From Takakia lepidozioides (taxonomy: Eukaryota > Plantae > Bryophyta): a DNA stretch of 64,000 bases. Both the position numbers and the translations under genes were made by a program. Shown here piece by piece: positions 57,805 to 64,000 of the stretch. The stretch is taken from assembly GCA_030704615.1 (NCBI GenBank), contig CM060733.1, positions 49,848,001-49,912,000 on the forward strand, given 5' to 3'. How positions within the stretch are numbered: the stretch's first letter is position 1; every line of letters starts with the position of its first letter. The notes under the pieces are model-generated. The model saw only the letters and a list, made by a program, of their open reading frames with translations. It had not been told where the DNA came from and did not search any database.

Positions 57805-58195
57805 CCACACATTCAGTTTATAATAATAAACTCATTGGAGGGATTCCATCATTTTTCACGACTTCTACTAGTCTTGTGCTTGAGGATTTCGGTTTCAATA
57901 ACCTGAGTGGAAGCTAACGTATTCACCCCATCAATGATTCGAGTTTGCAAAACTTGCGCATACTCCGTTAAGTTGGCAACAAGTTTGAGGGCTCTATTCC
58001 ATCTTTATTGGCAACATGGTGCAGCTTCAGGTACTTGATTTGTCTAACAACCTCTTTTCAGGCGAAATTCCTACTAATCTTACTCGATTACAAAATTTCA
58101 AAGTGACTGAAAATTCAAACTATTCACGAAACAAGGTTCCCCTTTGGATCTCGGTGCATTGGTGGCTTTGAAGTACTTGATTTTGTCTCACATCG
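57805..58195 (+). pseudogene. Plant extracellular LRR (RLK/RLP) gene fragment
   Basis: SLYNNKLIGGIPS...DFGFNNLSGS*, LQNLRILR*VGNKFEGSIP, LQVLDLSNNLFSGEIPTNLTRL, with stops and frameshifts. Confidence 0.75.
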
Positions 58196-59311
58196 CTAAT
58201 ATTCGGAAAACAACTGCATTAAATATGTAGAGCAATTTCATTAATGAGGGATTCTTTTAAAGGCCCAAAAATAAATGGTGGAGGGTCGGACGAATGGGAT
58301 GGCGCAGAAAGGGGTGTGGGTGTGAGTAATTGGCTTGTGAGGTGTCAAGTAAAGCGAGAAAGAAGGAATGGAGGCAACGTAGAAGCTAGCATAGAAGTAA
58401 GAGGGCCCTCATTCTAGTTCTAGAACTTTCTAGAAGGAGAGATGAGGCGGTGGGCCCTTTCTAAGAGGCTCCACCACGCCTTGAAACAATAAAGTTATCC
58501 GTTTAAGTCCCACCTCTTTGACCCTCTGATCCATCCCCACATGCGGCTTTGGTGGGCAGTTTGAGCCTATACATTAAGTGAAGTAAAATGGGCAGGACTC
58601 GAGTAAACTGAGCTGGAGAGAGGAACAAAGCGGTGTGGCCTTGTGCCAGTTATGAAGGTGGGCCCCACATCAGGCTCATCCACGTGTCTCAGCACAGCGC
58701 CGCTGAGGAAGAGGGGATCAAACACGTTTGGGCAGGACCCATCGTTTACTTTGTGGGCTTTTGACCAAACTAAACTAGCTGAACTCACCGTGCATCCCCT
58801 GGACTTAACGGATAACTTTAATATATGAAGAAGTTGAGGGCTGCCTTTTACAGGTTTCTTCCGCCTCCACCTAACTTTGGGAGGCTCGGCTACCTTGCAG
58901 GAGCCCCCTAAAAAATGTAAATTTGGAATCTAAACCTTCTACAAGTGAATAACGTATACTGATCTCAGCATCGGACTCAGATTTTCAACCTGTCATAATT
59001 TCTTCCTTGTGAACAAAGATTGATCACAACTTGAGATCAAATTTTGCCAAATCGCACTGTTGACTCTCAAGTGTTGCATCTCTGTTTCCAACATGGTTCC
59101 AACCTCAGCTTCCGCAAATTCCAAGGTTGCCATCTGAACTTCAAAGGATCAACACCTCTTAATGTTGTGGTCTCGATGCAGACCAAGAAGTCAACCAACA
59201 CAGCTTATGTAAGACCTTCCTTGCACAGTAGGGGTCCCAATGTGCCTTTCATAGAAATTGTATCCTGGGAGTGATTAAATTTGTGTACAGGTGAATGTTC
59301 CAGGCATATGC

Positions 59312-61593
59312 TTACCTGCCCTCCAAGTCACTGAAGACATCAGAAGTACCAACTATGCTTCGAGAAGGTAATTGGGGCGCATCTTCCTGAGGCCCCATAA
59401 TATTGGAAGTGTCGGCTACTGATCGAGAACTATTCCCACTTTGTGGATCAAAACCCGGGGCTAATTGGAGGCTTGGGAGTTCAGATGCCCCCAAAAGCAT
59501 TGACACTACTTGTGTCATAGATGGTCGTAAAGCAGCTCTCTCCTCTGTGCACATCAGTGCTATTTGTATCACCCTTTTCACCTCTTCTTCATTGTATCTT
59601 CCCCCTAGTTTGTCGTCTACAAGGCAAAGAAGGTCATCATCTCTCCATAATTTCTTGGTCTGCAAAATGGAAACCACGATTCAGTAAGGTTTCATTCCAT
59701 GCATATATATATAGACGCCTCCCGAAGGGAGCGTAAATTATGGTGTCTCTTCACCACAAGGGCTACTGCCTTCCAGCTGAAAGGTGGACACCTTCATGAC
59801 ACACCAGACTGTGGTTTGAACCCACAACCACATCCAATGTGGTATGTGCCCATTACCACTGGGCTACATGCTGGTTGTCAAGCATTCCATGGATTTATTT
59901 CACAGGGAAGGATGATAATGTGGATGCAAGGAGCTGGGCAGAACAAGAGATGTTTTAAGAGAAACGAAATGATACTTAATAACGTCTGTGGGAAGCTCAA
60001 AAGCTATTGGGACAATAGGATGAAAAAAACAAAAAAGAGAGACGGGCCAGAAACAGCCCAACAGCAACTAAAGCTGAGGGAATTGTCTAAGAGTCAACAG
60101 TACTTCATGCAGGTAAGCTGCCAAGCGTATGTGATCCTTGTAATGGAGGACCTCCGTAAGAGATTGGGTATCCCGGAATAGACGGTTGAATTTCCCACGA
60201 ATCTCATAGTATAAATGGCAGTGACGGAAGAAATGTTCTTCACTTTCAAGTTCCCTGTAGTTCCCAGCACCAGCGGGACATACTTGGTCATCAGGTTGCA
60301 GATTTTCCCACCTACCAGTCTCTATCCGTAGACTGTGGGAGCCCACCCTGAACCTCCCCAATGCCCTTAGAAGAGAGGGAGATAGAGCTGCACAAAGGTA
60401 ATTAGGCTGGAAGATCCTATCGTCATGGAAAACCAAGAATTTCTCCTGATGCAATTGCAGTTTTGTTGTTAGAGTGGCTGGTTTCCATGTCGCCTGACAT
60501 GCAGTTCCATAAGTTCTCTTCTAATGCATCTATTGCAGTCCTGTTTGGACACAACATCCACCCCCTCCGTAGAGAGAGAAAGAGGACGTGCAAAAGAGCT
60601 TATCACATCCGCAGGAGGCCAAACAAAGTCCATGGGGTACGGTAGAATTAGGAGTCTTTTGATGAACCCCAACGCTGCTCCAAGGTGGAGTGCCTAGACA
60701 GTTAGCTGCTCCAACTTCAGGTCCATATAGGTCAGAGAAATGAAATGATACTTCATAATGTCTGGAACGTCCGTGGAAGAGAACAAACGAAAAACACTAT
60801 GTTGGCCACGTTATGTTGGCCACGGGCCCCCAACCATGGGACAAAGTAGAACAACAAGGAGGCATAAGCGAATTAAGATCTATGCGTAAGGAGTAGAAAG
60901 TCAACATTTTGGTACAGGTCGCATGGGTTCAAAACTTACCCAATCTATCAGGAAAGCCCTCTCTGTGGAGTACTCAGCTTTCGTATTGCCCCTGCCACTA
61001 GTTGCCTCCAGAAGCACAACACCAAAGCTGAAGACATCCACCTTCTCTGTCAGCTGGCCCCGCAGAAGCTCTGGAGCTAGATACCCCCTGTATACAGTAA
61101 ACCGTATTTATCGACTTCAAAGCCTTATGACAGACCACTAACTTAGATAAAACTCTAACCGTATTCTACAGCCTTTGCTCCTCTATCATTCTGCTAGGAA
61201 AAGAAACTGAAATTTATGCTTGGCATGAAATGAAAAGCAGGAAAAATGACTCCTCAAATGTTCACTAGTAAAGAGGAGAATTCAAGAAGCTCCAAAGGAC
61301 TTTACCTTGTGCACTAAAAACATCAAAAGTAGGGTCTGAGATGCGAGCAGTTTACATGGTACCAGCGACTTGTGTGATGATGTGGGTTTGATCGTCTGGG
61401 TAAAGCTTCGCTAGTCCGAAATCAGCTATCTTTGGAGTCAGCTTTTCGTCCAAAAGGATATTGGCGGCTTTGATGTCCCGATGTATTATACGGGGCTGTA
61501 CTCCTTCATGTAGATATGCTAAACCTTGTGCAGTTCCAACAGCAATATTGAAGCGTGTCGGCCAATCAAGATGGATGGATTCATATTGAGAAC
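59312..61593 (-). CDS. Receptor-like Ser/Thr kinase (RLK/Pelle, LRR-VIII/DUF26-type exon layout), last three exons; 5' part lies beyond the window
   Basis: Exons 61593-61356 ([22 protein letters not shown]...[14 protein letters not shown]...[10 protein letters not shown]...VAGT), 61087-60940 (GYLAPE...[13 protein letters not shown]) and 59659-59312 (IQIALMCT...[11 protein letters not shown]...EGR*). Confidence 0.9.
59714..59871 (-). mobile_element. tRNA-derived SINE in an RLK intron
   Basis: A box TAGCCCAGTGG, B box GGTTCAAACC, 3' hairpin CTCCC-TTCG-GGAG, (TA)n tail. Confidence 0.75.
59960..60850 (-). mobile_element. 5'-truncated RTEX-like LINE in an RLK intron
   Basis: ORF 60454-60068 encodes [18 protein letters not shown]...VCP...[17 protein letters not shown] (typical C-terminal domain), followed by the 3' UTR stem-loop and ATTTC tail. 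An extra tail unit lies at about 60735-60850. Confidence 0.8.
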
Positions 61594-61718
61594 CTACAGA
61601 TCCAGCATTAAAAACACAGCTGAGAATATTATGCTCTTAGCAAGAGCAACCCCTTTGTTGACCCCCTAATCTCTCTCCCTCTCCTCTCTCCCCCTCCATG
61701 GTCGTAGGAAAATTATTT

Positions 61719-61745
61719 TCTCTCTCTCTCTCTCTCTCTCTCTCT
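61719..61745. repeat. (CT)n microsatellite
   Basis: Run of TC dinucleotides. Confidence 0.9.
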
Positions 61746-62229
61746 AATCTCCCTGTCCTCTAGGAAGCCTATTGACATTGGGTGGACTTGAAACGGGAGT
61801 ACATTAATGTCTCTGTGACTAAATGCCGGCCTTGTGACCTCGTGTCCTTGTTTGTTTCGACCTGAAGCGCTTTGCTTCAGGTAAGGTAGTGCATTGGATT
61901 TAGTTGGAAAGCTTGGGCCCTTTCCCTCTTTAGAATATGCCTACACGGGCCATTCCCTGCAACTCCCTGGAGTGTGATCTCTGAATGGTAACAAGCGGAC
62001 TCCTACCACTTGGGGGCAGCCCCTCCGCCCAAATTGGGCAGTCGTATGCTCTGTCTAGCATACTCGGCACTTGGGCTCGGGTTGGTTCCTGTGCTTACAC
62101 TTATGGCCTGCGAAAACAATCAAAAATTTAGCTCCTATCAACATCAACACTCCTCAGGGTGATCCCTGGGAATTGGTTACTTATGCCAAATCTAGGGCTT
62201 CATGTGTAGTTTTTGGGGTGAATCCCAGG

Positions 62230-64000
62230 ATGGACGATGTGTCCTTTAAAACTACATGCTCTAGCTTAGGCTTGGATTTCATGGCTAATGGTACCATCTC
62301 GAGACTTGATAACAGGGGTACGTTGAAGGTTGCAATGACCAAAAGTGCTTCTAATAGAGTCCCGCATCAATTCAATCTCAAAGAAGTTCGTCCCTTGACT
62401 GGCTGGAGAGCGGTCTTAGACATTGGTGATTCAATGGGGCGCTCTAGGAAGACAACCAAGGGCAACAACTTCAACTTGAGAGTTTCTAATCGGTTTGATG
62501 CTCTGGATGAGGTTGAATCCAAACAGCCAGAAGGACAAGATGCCCCTAAGTGTACGGAACCTGAACGTCCTGAATCTGAAGGATTTGGTACTCTGAATGG
62601 TTTACCAATCCTCAAGGTTTACACAAGACGAACAAATTCTATACACGGGGTAATTGTCCCCAAGCCGTCAGATGGACAATCTGTCCCTAAGTGTGCAGAG
62701 CCTGAACGTCGTGTAACTGAAGGATTTGGTACTCTAAATGGTTTACCAATCCTCAAAGTCTACACAAGACGAGCAAAATCTATACACGGGGTAATTGTCC
62801 CCAAGCAGTCTGACGGACAATCTGCCCCTATGTGTGCGGAGCCTGTGCGTCGTGTAACTGAAAGATTTGGTACCCTGAATGGTTTACCAATTCTCAAAGT
62901 TTACACAAGACGAGCAAAATCTACACATGGGGTAACTGTCCCCCCTTTGCAGAACGGTTGGCCGTCCAGGAGCAATCACAAGCTACCTAGACGACAAACA
63001 ATTCACACGCAAAGGGCTGGCTTGCGGCTGGCCACTTTCAACTTCTCAGGGTTGACCAACCAAAGGAAACAACTTGAAGTGGGACAAGTTCTTCGGACTA
63101 ATGATATTCATATCTGTGCTGGGCAAGAAACATGGGAATCGTCGGATAAACTGGTTGGAGATGTCATTGGTTATAAATGGGCAGGTAAGATGTGTACTCT
63201 CAAGGCAGCCTCTGCCAAACGCGGTCAAAAAGGGGTCGGATTCTTTGTCCGTGATTTCTTGTTTGACAATTGTGAAATTATCAACAAGGGTTTGAGGTAC
63301 GAGCATAGTATCTGGCTAAAACTGAATTTGAAGGGCGGCATGAGTACAAAGGACCTCTTTGTTGGTTGTGTTTACATGCCCACAGAGGGGACCCTTAGTG
63401 CTGACGCAGACAAGGCCTTCGAAGATGTAAAGCTGGACTGTGCTTCGTTCCTTGCCAAAGGTCAGGTGGTACTATTGGGGGACTTCAATGCCCGGGTGGG
63501 CAAAGGGATCCATCAGGACGATATCATTGGACCTTTTGGTGAGGACGAGCTGAATTCTAATGGCAGACGGTTAATTAACTGTCTAGAAGAGCTTCAGCTT
63601 TTGACCTTGAATAACAGGACAAGAGGTGACCAAGTGCAGTGGACTCGTGAGAAACCCCAAACTGGGGAACGTTCCATTGTGGACTATATCATAATGGACA
63701 AAATTTTGTTCCCCCAGTGTGCCAATGTGTTGATCGACAGAACTGATATTGGTACCTCTGACCACTTCCTGGTTTGGACTGAGATCAAAAGGTGTTTTCC
63801 CACCACCAAGAGATCTGTGAAACGTTCGATTCGGAAGTGGCGCATAGAAAAATTCCACAATGAGGAGGTCAAGGCTGAGTACGTCCAGGCCTTGCAAGAG
63901 GCTCTCCCTCATTTTGTCCAATCGCTCCAAGAACTTCAGTCACGCTCTGTTAACGCAAGAAATGAAGTCGAAAGAGCAGTGGACTCTTGGGAGAGTTTCG
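62230..64000 (+). mobile_element. LINE ORF with AP-endonuclease domain (RTE/RTEX-like), open to the window edge, antisense within an RLK intron
   Basis: Frame open from ATG 62230 (previous stop at 62056). Motifs: SNRFDAL, LATFNFSG, AGQETW, GVGFFV, GCVYMP, LLGDFNARVG, NSNGRRL, SIVDYII, TSDHFLV. Confidence 0.9.
62533..62943 (+). repeat. 141-bp coding tandem repeat (about 2.9 copies) in the LINE ORF
   Basis: Units start at 62533, 62674 and 62815; each encodes about GQS.PKC.EPERR.TEGFGTLNGLPILKVYTRR..SIHGVIVPK. Confidence 0.9.

Noticed and set aside
61040-61087. Kinase APE motif followed by LLRG rather than YAxRG, as a sign of pseudogenisation
   Set aside because: The frame is preserved and the HRD, DFG and APE motifs are intact; a one-residue difference is not enough evidence.
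61948-62003. HDV-like ribozyme in the LINE 5' region
   Set aside because: Two crossing helices can be drawn, but there is too little room for P3/L3 and no P1.1 GG; a covariance-model search would be needed.

Overview
This is eukaryotic nuclear DNA from a land plant, most likely a non-seed lineage (inferred from the PLS-class PPR gene and the RTEX-like and CRE-like retroelements). Genes, left to right: a PLS-class PPR gene (- strand, running off the left edge); a complete 51-coding-exon callose synthase of the GSL8/GSL10 type (-, 5141-36316); the complex I 24-kDa subunit NDUFV2 (-, 38670-44256); head-to-head with it, an intron-containing pseudogene of the thylakoid PDZ/TPR protein MET1/ZKT/TEF30 (+, about 44485-49450); and the last three exons of a receptor-like kinase (-, 59312-61593). 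Between about 49.5 and 59 kb lies a cluster of transposon remains: a CRE-like non-LTR element, a solo LTR, a Copia RT-RNaseH fragment, an LRR gene relic and a SINE. An open LINE endonuclease ORF runs off the right edge. The most striking object is a 366-bp, very young miniature LTR element (TRIM) in a callose synthase intron (6289-6654). Each of its 145-bp LTRs carries a complete tRNA-like cloverleaf with Pol III A and B boxes, and it has an iMet primer-binding site, a polypurine tract and a 5-bp target-site duplication. All coordinates were read by eye; no database searches were run.
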